A program made the translations under genes and the position numbers. The notes beneath the pieces are model-generated. The model had not been told where the DNA came from. It saw only the letters and a program-made list of their open reading frames with translations, and searched no databases. A DNA stretch of 64,000 nt from Eledone cirrhosa (taxonomy: Eukaryota): assembly GCA_964016885.1 (NCBI GenBank), contig OZ024741.1:45756001-45820000 (forward strand), in the 5' to 3' direction. Positions 26,141 through 40,399 of the stretch are shown piece by piece; the first letter of the stretch is position 1; every line of letters starts with the position of its first letter.

Positions 26141-28431
26141 AAATGTGTGTAATCCTTGGTACAGTTAGGTATATTAAGACAGGGGGGAAGAAAAAATGGC
26201 TTCACTTGTGCTTTCAACAAATTTATTTTCTTCACAAAATCCAAAAAGAATTTTTCTTACCCGTATAGAAAGCCGAATGATACGCTTAATTACATAAGTA
26301 AGCATTCCAACCATCCTGCCAGAATAACCAAGAACCTGGTAAGAAACGTTTCGTTGAGGCTTTCCCGTCTTTCCACCAACGAGCGCATTTTCAACGACCA
26401 TTCCACTTATTACAATGAAGCTCTTGCTCGAAGTGGATTTGTCGATAAGGTAGCTTATACTGAGTACAAAAATAGACCTAGAAGAAATAGATCCCGTCGC
26501 ATTTGTTGGAATAACCCACCATATAATATGGAGGTGGCCACACCATTAGCTAAGATCTTTCTTTCCATTATTACGAAGCATTTTCCCCCTACACATAAAT
26601 ATAGTAAAATTTTTAATAGAAATACTATTAAAATGTCTTACTCTACGACTCCTAACCTTGCACATAACATCACAGCTTCAAATTTAGCTAAAGTACCGAG
26701 CCGTAGGAACACGTGCAACCCTGTAGTTAGTACTAACTGTAATTGTAGGAATCGGGCTGATTGCCCCATATCCGGGAAATGCCTCTCTAGTAACATTGTC
26801 TACAAATGTAAGGTTGTAACACCCACGTCCCGTAGGGCCTACATAGGGTTAACTGCCAATAGTTTCAAGCAGCGACTTTACATGCATACCCATTCTTTTC
26901 GTTACCCTCTTAGAAGGAATATGACGTCACTTTCAGCTTATATCTGGAGTCTAAAAGACAACTACACCCAATATAAGTTACACTGGGAGATCCTAGCTAG
27001 GGCTAGATCGTATAACGGAAATAAAAGACCATGTGACCTCAGCGGCGCAGAGGCCCTGGAAATACTCTACGCCACAGACCACATCTTAAACAAAAAATCT
27101 GAGGCAATTTTGGCTTGTAAACATAAATTGCACAAAACTTTCCTGTATTACAGCCCCACTTTATATCCTAACGGATAGTACGATCTATACGTGGATATTT
27201 TACGTCTTGATGTGGGAGCTAAGTATATGTTTTGTTTATTCCTTTACTTATTTGCATAGGTAAGTATGTATTACCCGTTTGTTTTGTGAAGGTACGTATA
27301 CCTTCTCGTACGTATATTTGATTGTTTTAGCGTATAATTTTATATATTCTGGTACACAGGTTTGGCTATGTGTATACGGGTGTTTTGCGTCTGTGTGAGT
27401 ATGCGTGTTCGTACGTATGGTGTGTGTGTGTATTGTGTACTTCTTGTTTTAGTTGACCTATGTCTCCGAACATTCGTGTATTTATATGTAGGTATGTGTG
27501 TGCGCTTGTTATATACGTATTCATTTATTTATATACGTTTATATAATTATTTATTTATTTGTATACACGCATACACACACACACATATTTATATGTGCGT
27601 GGTTTTGTATACCTATGGTAAGGTTTTGTGTATGCTTGTGTATGTACGTATTTGTTTGCGTGTATGTATTTATTTATTTCTATTACTTCTGTATTGTATT
27701 TATTTACTTGTTCTTAACTCTGTAGCCGAGATTCATTTGGTCTCCTAGTTAGAATTTTAGTCTACGACTTCTGTTATGCCATTTACGTGGTTCTGTCTTT
27801 GCGTGCTATTGTTCTCCACGCTCCACATATGACGTATTATCTTCGTTTTTTCGTTCATTGCCAGAGAACGTCTCTATGCACCACCTAAGAGAATTAGTCT
27901 ACGACCTCTTTTATACCATAAACGTGGTTCTGTCTTTGCGCGTAATTGTTTTTCACCGCTCTATTAATGACGTATTATTCGTTTTTTCCCGTTCTTTGCC
28001 AGCGAACGTTTCCACGAACCAAAGTATCGTCTTCCTGTCTTCCTCCGGTTGCAACGTTTTTTGAAATATCCAGTTCTGCGTTTACAGATTGACTTTGTTA
28101 GTTTCAGAAGATCCCGTTAAGGGTGAAAGCAGCGATTCTTTGCTTAAACTTTAATCTGTTATTTTAATAAATATTTGCTCTACGGTTCTTATATATTTGA
28201 TATATATTTATCCTTATCGAGCCCTCTTTGGATTTTACTCTTCAAATTTATTATTATTACTATATATATATATTAGTTTCAGAAGATCCCGTTAAGGGTG
28301 AAAGCAGCGATTCTTTGCTTAAACTTTAATCTGTTATTTTAATAAATATTTGCTCTACGGTTCTTATATATTTGATATATATTTTCCTTATCGAGCCCTC
28401 TTTGGATTTTAGTCATCAATTTTATTATTAT

Positions 28432-28435
<4 letters not shown>
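26136..28435 (+). mobile_element. 5'-truncated Naiad-like PLE with tandemly duplicated pLTR end
   Basis: ORF to 27178: PYRKPN..YISKHSNHP..WNNPP..CNCRNRADCP..YIGLTANSFKQR..ILN..E...CKH; about 1.1-kb 3' UTR; 28100-28260 repeated at 28275-28435. Confidence 0.9.
28100..28150 (+). ncRNA. Hammerhead variant with CAGAAGA core (also 28275-28325, 60461-60511, partial 59408-59453 minus)
   Basis: AGTTT-CAGAAGA-TCCC-gttaa-GGGT-GAAAGCA-gcgattctt-TGCT-T-AAACT. Confidence 0.6.
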
Positions 28436-28477
<42 letters not shown>

Positions 28478-28479
<2 letters not shown>

Positions 28480-29395
28480 CTAAAAGTTTAACAAGGTTCA
28501 TTGATTAATCAATGAATAAAGTTTTACAATAGATTAGAAGCACTCATATTAACGGCTAGGCGAACCTTGATTAATTTTAATAATGATTTTCGGACTCGTT
28601 CTGATAGGCATAAAAAGTTCGACATTACCATGGGATCGTCCGATTCTGCGCAGGTCACCGAACTTCTGGGAATTTTCCTCCTTAATATTATAAATAGAAA
28701 ATTGCCGGAGATTACCGGTGGTTTATATAGAGATGATATATTATTTACTGTAGTTAAACATAGCAATAGTGAACTAAATAGGGTAAAGAAAACAATTATA
28801 GAATTCTTTAAAAATTATGACCTGAAATTAGAAGTAGAAATATACAGTAAAGTAGTTAACTTCCTTGATGTCACCCTTAATTTAAATTCAGGACTATATT
28901 ACCCCTTCCATAAACCCAATGAAAACCTAAATTATGTTAGCTTTCATTCCAACCATCTTAAATGTGTTAAAAATGCAATAGTCAATAGTGTTCAACAACG
29001 ACTAACTAGATTATCTGCTAACAAATCAATTTTTAATAACAAAGCTGGATATTATAATGAAGCGTTGCATAAGGCAGGATATAAAAATAATATTGAATAT
29101 CTAGATAATAGTATTTCTAATTATAAAATCAGAACTAAATCTGTTATTTGGTATGCACCACTAGCATCTTTAGCTATTAAAACACTCCTAGCACAATTAT
29201 TTTTTAAAGTATTAGCTAAATGTTTCTCCAGAACACATATATACTACTCTATCTTCAATAGACACACAGTTAAGCTATCTTACTCTACAATTATGAATAT
29301 GGCTCAAAACATTGCAAAAATAAATAGCAGAATTCTTAATTATAACCAACAGGTAATTTGTGATAATGACAATATTAATATTAACAATAATATTA
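28478..29395 (+). pseudogene. Naiad-like PLE reverse transcriptase fragment
   Basis: FDITMGSSDSAQVTELLG, GLYRDD, VNFLDVTLNL, PFHKPN, SNH, WYAP, FNRHTVKLSYS. Confidence 0.85.
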
Positions 29396-29690
29396 ATGCT
29401 TTAAACGTGTCTTGGAGGGAACACCCAACAGATAAGGATCTCTATGGCAATATACCACCTATCAGCAGGTCAATACGTAGACAGAGACTCAGATTTAATG
29501 GCCACTGTTGGCGCAGCAAAGAAGAAATAGCAGGTGATGTGTTGTTATGGAGTCCATCTCATGGAGCAAGAAACGCTGGTCGTCCTAAGAAGACATACGT
29601 CAAGAAACTTGAGGACGATACTGGATGCACTGCGGAAGAACTGGCAAACTCTATGAGAGACAGCGATGGATGGAGGAAGCGTATCGTATG
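29395..29690 (+). mobile_element. 5'-truncated RTE-like LINE 3' end, in frame with the preceding Naiad RT
   Basis: ALNVSWREH...LYG...IRRQRLRFNGHCWR...LLW.P..G.R..GRPKKTY. Confidence 0.75.
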
Positions 29691-31019
29691 TGTGCACATG
29701 TATATCTACTCACCAATATTGTATTGCTCCTTGTATGGAAATGTTTCAATAGTAATTGAGTAGATCAGAGAACGCCGGTTATATTTATGAAATACTGTAA
29801 AGGAAGCATCAACTTTGCTCCTGAACTAAGGCTCGGCGTGGAAAGGCATTGTAGACACCATGTCAAATACATTGGCCTAAATCGATACTGGCCTAAATCT
29901 ATCAAATGTAATAACATTGAATAAAGAAATATGGAATATGAAATGTCTTTTCTTCCGGGTGACAACCTGGTCATAGACAGAAATTTAGTACTTGTAGATT
30001 TTATAAATATTTGGAATATCCATCCATGTTTCTAGAAACAGGACCTACCCGAACCAACAGTTCTGAAAAATACAAACTGAGAAATATATGTTTCCCAATT
30101 ATCGATAAACTGATGCATTTATAAACTAAATTTAAAACTTCAAATATACATTTTTTTTATTTCAGTCGAAATTTATTTTCAAAGTTAGAAAAATGTTACG
30201 AAATTTCCTCCGTTGAATTAACGAAGCAAAAGTTTTATCCATACAGTTCAACGTACACCTAATCTGTGCTATTAAGGTTTATTCCAAAACCATTGAAAAT
30301 TTATTTTCTCGAATATATAAATATATTATAAATTACAATTATTTTCTATACTGCCTGTTATCGACATATGCTGAATTCACATACAACCAACAACAAACCA
30401 ACCAGACAGATATGTTTTACGAGAAAAGCCATACGATATGATTAATAAGAAAAAAAGTTACAATGAAGTAAAATAACTTCAGATAAAAAGATGCGAATTT
30501 GAATTTCTTATTTTAAAAAAAAATCAATTTGTTTTAAAAGAATAAAGTAATCTGAGTGTTTAGAATTATATTTACATGAAAATTATGGTTTTGAAAGGTG
30601 AACTAATATGACATTTAACTCCAGTACTTTTATATTAAGTCTAAATATAATTTTCTTTAAAATAATTATGAAAGGAAAAGGCATACTAAATGCGTTTCGT
30701 TGTATAGCAACTATATAAATGTTAAATGATAATGAGTCGGAAAATATAGAATAATAGAAAACCACGCAAATCTAAATTCCTTGTCTTCAATAATGTGACA
30801 ATGTTAATGATATATAAAATTCATTATTCATCTATTGATACTGTCCTCTATATTTTCTTTTTCAGAACCCAACTGCTGATTTTGTTTCATGATCGTGAAG
30901 GTTAGCATGGGAGATGCGTTGAAAGAGCCATCTTAACGGTACGGGCTCATTTTTTTTTGGGGGGGGGGGGGGGGCATTTGCATCCCTATCTCAGACAGTA
31001 AGGAAATGGTTCGGTGACC

Positions 31020-32625
31020 CAGAACAGCGGATGTCTCGGCTGCTATGGATTTGCTGATAAACCTATCGGAGAGCGACTGGTATCGTAAATAAAATCACAC
31101 ACTGGTATTTTACAGCTTATGATAAAATAATTTTCTTCACAGATGCTACACAATATCCTGAGTATATCCTTATATAGTAAGCTATTTACTTCTAAACATG
31201 TTGTATTTCCGACCATTTCAGAAGATTTGCCGCTATTTACTTTAGTCACTGCTATCTCCACTTTTTCAAATGAAGAAGCATTCATCACGTCATGTTTCAC
31301 GGGGTTGTTAGGTAGGCTGTCTATATAGACCTCATCAATATTCGAAGGCAGATTAAGATCATCAAAATGTTGTTGCCACTTTCTTACTGTACCCAGTGAA
31401 TACCGAACGAGCTCATTTCCGTCCTTATAGCGAAGAGGCGCAATGAGAGAAAAGGTTGATCCGTAAATCTCACGCAAATGGAGTCTGATACAGCCTGAAT
31501 CTCACGGGCCATCTTATTTCACCATGCATCTTCATCTACACACCTTGATTGCTGTCAGGTCGCCTGTCAGTCTTTCCTTTCTCACAGCATTACAAACATT
31601 ACAGCTGTCATTAAGAAGGCTCAACCAAACATTTCTCTTCTTCTGTAAGATCTTTTATATCTCCTTATCATTCTCATTCACACATTTCTAGTGGTCTTGC
31701 TTCACATAGCCGAAATTATAAGCACCAACGCTGTAAAGTGCTTCTTTAAAAGACGGCCAGTAGTCCTCACCACACACAAGATGGTTAATAGCGGCCTGTA
31801 ATCTTCCAGAGATACTTTTGTTTCTAGAAACGTGCGACATTCATTTTTTGGAGCATATACATTAACTTAAGTCATATAATTACATATTTGCAGTAGAATT
31901 CTCATTATCATCAAATGCTCTTTTATACCCAATGGGAATTCCTCAAGCCTGTGAATAAGTTCTGATTTCACTGGAAAGACCACTTCAGCCTCTCTTATTA
32001 GCCATTCCACAACAAAGTGTAGTCACCAGCGCAATCCCTTGTGTGACATACCCCTGGGAATAGCGACGCAGCACCTTGGCTACAAGAGTTGACCTTCTCT
32101 CAAGATATTCCGAAGACGTAATGTCAAGCGTGTTTTCACATTCCAACAACCAATATTACAAGGTTTCAATAGTTTCAAAGGTTTTACCATAGTATGACGA
32201 CCGTGCCTGGGCTCTGGTGTCCCAGAACACCTGCCGATTTCACAAGATGTTGTTCCAGAGACATTATTGCCTTTTACTTCAACATTTTGAGCGCTCATTT
32301 TAATCAGGTCATCTCTTAAGTCTACCTTCAACCATTCACATTGTACAAAGATCCTATGATATCGCGTCATGCTTTTTTCAGCCATTCACATTGTACAAAG
32401 ATCCTATGATATCGAGTCATGCCTAAGCGTGAATCATTTTATAGTGTGGAAAGGCCTTACACTGGACCAATCCTACTCACTGAACAACAGTTACTCTTGA
32501 GTCGCAGGTTTTACGTCAGGGTTTCCCTCTCCTAGAAAGATACCCTAACTAGAATCATGCGTCTCTGACTCCCAGTGGGCTTAATACACACTGAGACACT
32601 AATCTGAGTAAATTTATGTCCCTGT
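31020..32625 (-). mobile_element. Older, deleted RTE LINE (5' UTR, EN start, linker remnant)
   Basis: IGCWNVKT (32080-32385); REIYG..APLRYKDGNELV...WQQHFDDLN (31043-31477); 32480-32625 resembles 36350-36505. Confidence 0.75.
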
Positions 32626-32649
32626 ACATACATACACACATTCATACAT

Positions 32650-35600
32650 GCACAGAGTCGGCAACAAAACATTCACTGGGAATAGTCGGCCCTGGTTGGA
32701 GTTCGTGTACTTTTGCATGTCGCTTGAGCCCTCCTGGTGATTTACATTCTCTACCACATGTTTGGCAAGCATGATGAGTAGCATCTCCAACAGCAGCCTG
32801 GTAGTCAACCACTGGTCTTACTTTATGACTGCGAAAATGACGTTCGAGTCCAGCTTTGCTTAGGCAGAGTCTCGCACAGACGCTGCATGTCAGCACCATA
32901 GGAGGACCCTCGCCGTCTGGAAGTGCAACAGCAATGCCCTTCCTCACATCCCGCTTTACTTTCTCGTATGCGATTGGAGATGCCTCAAAGGCAACTTTTC
33001 CCTCATATACAGTCTTTCTCCATTTATTACGATCAGCAGCAATATTTTCCCATGTATCAGCAGAGATGTTAGCGTCTTTCAGAGAGGCTTTCAAGGAACC
33101 CTTATACCTCTTTTTTGGTTTATGTGGCGGTCGTTTTCCTTTAACCAACTCTCCATAAAAGAGTTGTTTTGGCATTCTAGAATCCTTCATCCTGGCAAGG
33201 TGACCACTCCAACGGAGTCGTTGCTTAAGCACAAGAGCTTCTATACTGTCACACATAGAGCTTTCCAAAATCTCGACATCACTGATGTGGTCTCTCCAGT
33301 GAACGCCATGGATCCGTCTGAGACACATCTGATGGAAACGCTCCAATTGCTTAAGGTGGTGTCGATATGTGACCCAAGTCTCGCAGGCATAAAGAAGACA
33401 AGAGAGCACACATGCCCTGTACACCTTTACCTTTGTCCTCCTGCATATGTCTCGCCGACCCCAGAGTCGCCTTTCTAGCTTTCCGAAAGCATCACTTGCT
33501 TTCCTAATCCTAAGTGAGATTTCACTGTCAAGGTTGCTGTATCGATTGACAGTGCTTCCCAGGTAGACAAACTGATCAACCACTCCAAGTCGTTTACCAT
33601 ACACATAGATATTTGGTTCAGTGTACTGCTTACCAGGGGCAGGTTGGTACATGACGACGGTTTTCTTGAGACTGACAGTCAATCCTAGGGCAGTGCAAGC
33701 GTCAGAAAATGCATTCAAAATGTGCTGCATATCACTCTCTGTGTGCGCTACAAGATCGCAATCATCTGCATACAAGAGGTCTCTTATGATTGATGTAAAT
33801 ACTTTTGTCTTTGCAGCAAAGCGCCTGATGTTAAATATGCTGCCTGAGGTTCGATATCGGATGTAAACACCATGCTCGCAATTCCTGAATGCAATACAGA
33901 AAACCATTGCAAAGTATATGGCAAACAGGGTCGGTGCTGGAATATCCCCCTGTTTGACTCCATTTTTTACTGAGATAGGCTCCGACATGTTACCTCCGAC
34001 ATTAACCCAAGCCGTCATGTCGTCATGGAAAGACCTAACTAAAGCAAGGAACTTATCAGAGCAACCAAGTTTCTGGAGAACCTTCCATAATACATCTCTG
34101 TTAACAGTATCGAAAGCTTTTGTCAGATCGACAAAAACCTGATACAGATCCAAGCCTTGTTCCATGCACTTCTCCTGGAGCTGTCCAGCTGAGAAGATCA
34201 TATCAGTAGTACCGCGTCCAGCAAGAAAACCAGATTGACTTTCAGGAAGAACACAATCTACAATGTGTGTCAGCAGACGGTCCAGAAGCACCCTACATAA
34301 AACTTTCCCTACGACAGAAAGCAATGATATACCTCTGTAGTTCCCACAATCATTCCTGTTACCCTTTCCCTTGTACAAGACCACCATTACTGCATTTCTC
34401 CAGTCCTCAGGTACGGATTCATTAGCCCATATCCTGCCAAACAAAGAGTGAAGATGTTGCAGGAGTCTCTCACCACCATATTGTAGGAGCTCAGCATGTA
34501 TGCCATCCATACCTGGAGATCTTCCACTGTTCAGCTTCAAAATAGCCACTGCAACCTCCACAAGCGTCGGAGGTTCTGCGAGAGCTACTTTCACAGGACT
34601 TTCTGGAATGATATTGAGGAAATCTTCACTGACGATAGACGGCTGATTCAAAAGATCATCAAAGTGCTCTCGCCACCTTCGTAGAATTCCTTGTGAGTCA
34701 CGAAGAATTTCTCTGCCATCCTTGCTGCGAAGCGGTGTCACCAGAGAGAAGACGGTCCATAAACCTCACGCAAGAGACTGTACAACAGCTTTGTGTTATT
34801 GGAATCTGACGCAGTTTGTATCTCACCAGCATTCTCACTCCACCACTGATACTTCATCTGAGAAAGACTCCGCCTAACACCTGATTTTACATCCTTGAGT
34901 TCCTCATGCAACGTATTCCTCTCCTGTGGTTTTGCCGTCAAGTAGCGTGACAGAGCACGCCTCTTATCAGCCAACATGTCTTCTATATGTACATCATTCT
35001 CATTAAACCAGTCCTGATGTTTTCTCTGCACCAATTACAGAACACGCCTGCCTACATCATAAACCGACTTTTTAAGGGCCGACCAATCCTCACCAAGATC
35101 TGCAGCCTGCATCTCTTCTTCCAATGTCCTCTTCACATTTTTATCCTTAAGGCGAGCAGCATTCAATCTTTTGGGCAGGGCAACACCAGGAGCCCGGATT
35201 TTACGTTTAGTGATTAGTTTCACTTTTGCGCGTACCAGGCGGTGGTCCGTCCAGCACTCGGCTCCACGAAGAGCACGAACACACTGCACATCCTGTCTGT
35301 CACGCATCCTGACTAAGACGTAGTTCAAAAGATGCCATTCCTTAGATGCAGGATGCATCCATGTGGTCTTGAATTTGTTCTTTTGTTGGAACATGGTGTT
35401 GGTAACACACAGATCCAGCTCCTCACACATCTGCAGCAGGATCATACCATTGTTGTTACACTTTCCCACCCCATGCCTTCCGATTACATTCCATGTGGTA
35501 AAATCTCTACCCACTCTAGCATTAAAGTCACCAAGCACGATGACTTTGTCTGCCTGAGGGATATTTCTTAAAATACCTTTCAAGGCATGGTAAAAGGACA

Positions 35601-36505
35601 CTTTTTCTTCATCGATAGAATTCATAGTTGGAGCATACACACTCACCGGGGTCGCATATCTTCCTCTGTCCAGCGGAATTCTCATGGACATAAGACGCTC
35701 ACTAATCCCTACTGGGAATTCTTCTAATTTATTCACAAGTACAGTCTTAACAGCAAATCCTACCCAGCCTCTCTTCTGGTTCCTTCATCTCTTCCTTTCC
35801 AGAAGAATGTATATTCTCCGCAAAATTCTGTAAGATGACCATCTCCAGCTAACCTCGTCTCAGATAAAGCCACGATGTCAAGATCGTAACGTCGAAGCTC
35901 CTTTGCAACAAGAGCGGTCCTTCGTTCAGGACGCTCCAAGGAATCCCTGTAAAGCAGCGTCCGTACGTTCCAGCAACCAAGACTAAATGCCTTGTTTGGC
36001 TCTATTACAATGGCACAATGACGAGCGGGCCCAGGCTGTGATAACCTGGGGCCCCTGCCCTTATTGCCAATTATCTTTTTTGTTCCAGAACCTAAATTGC
36101 CAATTATCTCTTTTATATTGTTCTGGAACATCATTGAATTGGAAAAAAAAAAAAAAAAAAAAGTAATAATAATAGTAACAATAATAATAATAATAATAAT
36201 AGTACACTATTAATAATTATTAATGCACTCGTACAATGCCTGTGCGTGACGAATATTTTTAAAGTAAGGAAAGACTGTGCACTGAGCCAATCCGACTCTC
36301 TGAGCGACAGTAGCTATAACCCGAAAAGAAGAAAAGATCAATATCATCGGTAACTACTGAGCCGCAGGTTTTATGTCGGTGTTAACCCAGTTTCCTGAGA
36401 TGCCTTCTCCTAGAAGAATGCCCTGACAAGGGCTAGGGGTTCTTCACTCCCAGTGGTTTAACTGCGCGATCGGGCATCCAGCCCGATTATTTCTATGTCC
36501 CCGCG
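32650..36505 (-). mobile_element. Near full-length RTE-clade LINE (APE endonuclease, RT, C2H2 fingers) with a few disabling mutations
   Basis: GCWNVRTL, VALSETR, SVYAPT, VLGDFNARVG, TDHRLV; RT: NYRGISLL, FVDLTKAFD, GVKQG, LLYADD, YLGS, LRWSGH; CSVC..H..H and CQTC..H..H; split into four ORFs at about 35750, 35035 and 34740. Confidence 0.95.
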
Positions 36506-36653
36506 CAAAAAAAAAAAAAGAAAAATCACTTATTGACACTTATACGTACGACATACACACACGCGCATACATATGCGCGCACACACACGCATACATACGC
36601 GCGCACACAGGAACACTCATACATACAAACAAACACACACACGCTACTCACTT

Positions 36654-36691
<38 letters not shown>

Positions 36692-36789
36692 TGCCGTCAT
36701 TACTGATACAAGATTACAAGATTATGTCAACTGTTGACTTTCAAGAGTTCGTATAGTTGAAGCCGATCGTATTACAGTCCAGTATTATT

Positions 36790-36945
36790 ATAATTGCTTT
36801 GCAGCATAGAGTTATGGCTCTCCACGCTCTGAGCTCAAATCCCGCCGAGGTCAACCTTGCCTTTCATCCCCACGGAGTCAACAAAAGAGAGTACCAGTGA
36901 TGCGCTGGACCAGTCGCTGGATCCGTGCCAAAAGCAGAAAAATTA
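36790..36945 (+). mobile_element. SINE family A (diverged)
   Basis: gagctcaaatcccgccgaggtcaaccttgcctttcatccc. Confidence 0.65.
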
Positions 36946-37659
36946 TTATTAAAGTTGTTTTCCAAAAGGCCCGTTCGCTGGTGATGGTGATGGCGGCGGT
37001 GATGGCGGTGGTGGTGGTGGTGGCAGTTGATGTTGTTGTTGTGTTCTGTGCGTGTGTATGTGTTTTGTTATTTTTAGTTTTTTTGTTTGTTTGTGGGGGT
37101 TTTTCTTTCTTTTTATCTTTTGATGCCGCTGTTGTTGTTGTTGTAAATGTTCATTTCAATTCATTCTGAAGCTGTTGTTGCTGTAAACAGTAGTGCAGGT
37201 GTTGTTGTAGATGTTGGGGTTGAAATCTGGTCGTTTGACTGAGTGATGTATATACACACATATACATACATATATATATATATATATATACACATTCAAC
37301 ACAGAGTAGAGAGTTTGACAACAGGTCGATGACTTTAGTCTAGATAGGGTAATGACATGTGATGGTGGGGAGTACACGTTATTGTGGTGGCGGGGGACAG
37401 TGAGATGTATCTAGTTCATTTGTCCGTTTGCAAAATTTGAATTTTAGCCATGTTATATTGAGATGTAAGTAAATGTAAAATGTAAAATATAAATAAGGAT
37501 TGCTCTGGTAAAATATACTAAAATATTTGTGTAACTTCCACAAACTTCTATCGTGACATTCCCGAGTCCAGTGACCAAAAAATTGTTGTATTTTGATGTT
37601 TCAGAATACAAAAATTAATTAAAAACTTACCCCACGAAAAGACAGCGTGTGCTGTCCTA

Positions 37660-38640
37660 TCTCATACATACATACATACATACATACATACATACATACA
37701 TACATACATACATACATACATACATACATACATACATACATACACGATGCATGCATGATGGCCGCTAATTGATTTAGAGTAATGTCATCGTTTGATATGG
37801 AAACATGAGCAGCACGGAGGTGGCTTTTTAGTCATGCTAGGGACTTGCATACGAACACTAATACCATACATCGCAAAAGATATCACATATCAAGCTATGC
37901 CTGTTTTGATGCTTTTTTTAAGTGAAGAAACGCCACAGTGCCAATCCCACTCTCTGGACATCAAATGCATTTACTTAGAGAAAAACTGGTCTATATCACT
38001 GGATGCAAACAACATTGCAACCGTGGGTTGTTCAATCTCACCTCTAAGCTTTGCCTCTTCACACATACATACACACATGGTGGCTGCCAACTCGTTTTCG
38101 AGTACGGCCACTACTTTATATCCATGTAGGAGAACCCCTACCGATGCGCTGAACGAGTGTGACTTTTTAGTCCAGCCAGCGACTTGAAAACTCTGGTACA
38201 AACACTACACTTGTGACAATTATTGACACATAGTGCTGGGCCCATGGTACCATGTGACGACAAGTGCAGAGAGATCTCCAGATATAAAGCAATGCCTGTG
38301 CCGTGAAGCTTTTATAGTGAGCAAAGGCATTGCACAAAACCAGTCCCACTCTCTTAACCAAGATGTTATTTACCAAAAAAAGAACAAGTCAACATCATTG
38401 GATACCATCAGGGTTGCAGGTGTTATATCAGAGTTTTCCTTCTCCTAGAATTCTGCCTTGACAAAGGCTAAGGAGTCATCTCTCCCGGTGATTTTGGATG
38501 GCCATAGTCCTGCAGGATGTCCAAAGTCACCCTCCTCACCAAGAAACCTTGGTGGGTTTGCCAGTTTAGTCGCCAACGATCCGACCATGAGACAGGTTGT
38601 ACTGGGATACATGTTACCAGTGGCACCAACTGGTGACCTG
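37660..38640 (-). mobile_element. Internally deleted RTE-derived element (5' UTR motif joined to 3' remnant, ATGT tail)
   Basis: 38430-38480 shares ttctcctagaa...ccttgacaaaggcta with the RTE 5' UTR at 36400-36435; KSHLRAAH-like remnant and gcggccatcatgcatg followed by (TATG)n on the minus strand. Confidence 0.45.
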
Positions 38641-40233
38641 ACATACACACATACATACATACATACATACATACATACATACATACATACATACATACAT
38701 ACATGCATACATATATATATATATATATATGCATACAAACAAGCACACATACATGCTAACACACATGCATACATACCTTTATAAATACATATATGCCTGC
38801 ATACATATATAGATATATGCATACTTACATACATACTAACATACACACACTCATACATACACACATGCATACAAACATGAATACATACATACATACATAC
38901 ATACATACATACATACATACATACATACATACATACATACATACATACATACATACATACACCACTTTTCCAGATTAGAACTGTACATTTATTTCTTAAA
39001 CCATTCAAATATGGAATATTTATTTTATCTTACATTATTTTTCAATAAATAGAATCGTATTCGATCTTTTGAACGTTATCGATTATAATTCTCTGCTAAA
39101 TGTAGCAACATCATCTGAGGTGATTGGTAATATTAATCCAACCCTCGTTATTGTATTTTTACATTTCTAAATTGAAAGAAAAAGAAATTGAAATTGATAT
39201 AATTTTAACGCCTTTTTTTGAAAATAAAATTTGCTATTTCTGAATGTATATTATATATGACGTCCATGATATCAAGTGTGCAGGTGAGCCGATCGTTATA
39301 TCGATTGACTACCTTAGAGAATTGAATGCAGCAAGTAAATTCATATTTAAACATAAATACTGATATTACATTCTTTCTTAATATTTTCGTTTTTATGTTT
39401 CACATTGCATTAAAATACATGTAACTTTTATTCTTTTATTTTGTATTTCAGTATAGAATTTCTATTAGACATTGTAATAGCCTATTTTGTTAAATTTTAA
39501 TAAAAATTCTTAAATCTGTAGTTCGTTATATATTCTCATAACGATATCATTAAAACTTTTGAAATTAAATTCGGAGGTTTAGAGAAAGATTTCATACTTC
39601 AAATAAAATATTCTTCCATATTTTCAGAAACTATATTGCACACGGAAATGAATATACCCTATTGAATTATTGTAAGATTTCTGACTATTATAATGTAATA
39701 AATCAAGGTTCATGGAATGTAAGATGCCCAATTTTAAATGTGTAATCATTAATTACTTCTGAGTGGTCACAATGACAATGTTTCTATAAAAGGGTTTCGC
39801 GTTGATTGAATCTAGGAAGCTTACGGTTTTCTTTTTAGCTTGAACAAAGGCCGTATGTTATATTGAAAGTTATATTGTGCAAGTGAACTAAAATATAACG
39901 TGTTCTAAACGTTAAGATCCCGTTTTGAACTCAAACTGCCAAATTCAAACAAAGCATAAATAACCTTGGTAATTTGTATAGTTGACACTGCATTTGTTTT
40001 TAATGGTTAAATATGCTACCACGCAACAGGAATCATGAAATGTTGTTATATGAGAGTAGATTTTCCAGTAAGAGATCAGTAAATTTAGAAAATGCGTTTT
40101 TAATGCGTTGTTAACCTATTACAGACAGACGAACACACAAACACACAAGCACACACGCATACAGACGTGTATATGTATGTATGTATATATATATGTGTGT
40201 GCGTGTGTATTTGCATTAAATATATATGTATGT

Positions 40234-40340
<107 letters not shown>

Positions 40341-40399
40341 TATATGTATATATGTAAAAGATGAACAAAAATAACAAAGCAAACGACACATTATATTGA

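Noticed and set aside
30866-30900. Possible micro-exon (polypyrimidine-CAG ... GAAG|GTTAG); similar acceptor at 63953
   Set aside because: Splice-like signals alone in AT-rich DNA, with no recognisable protein
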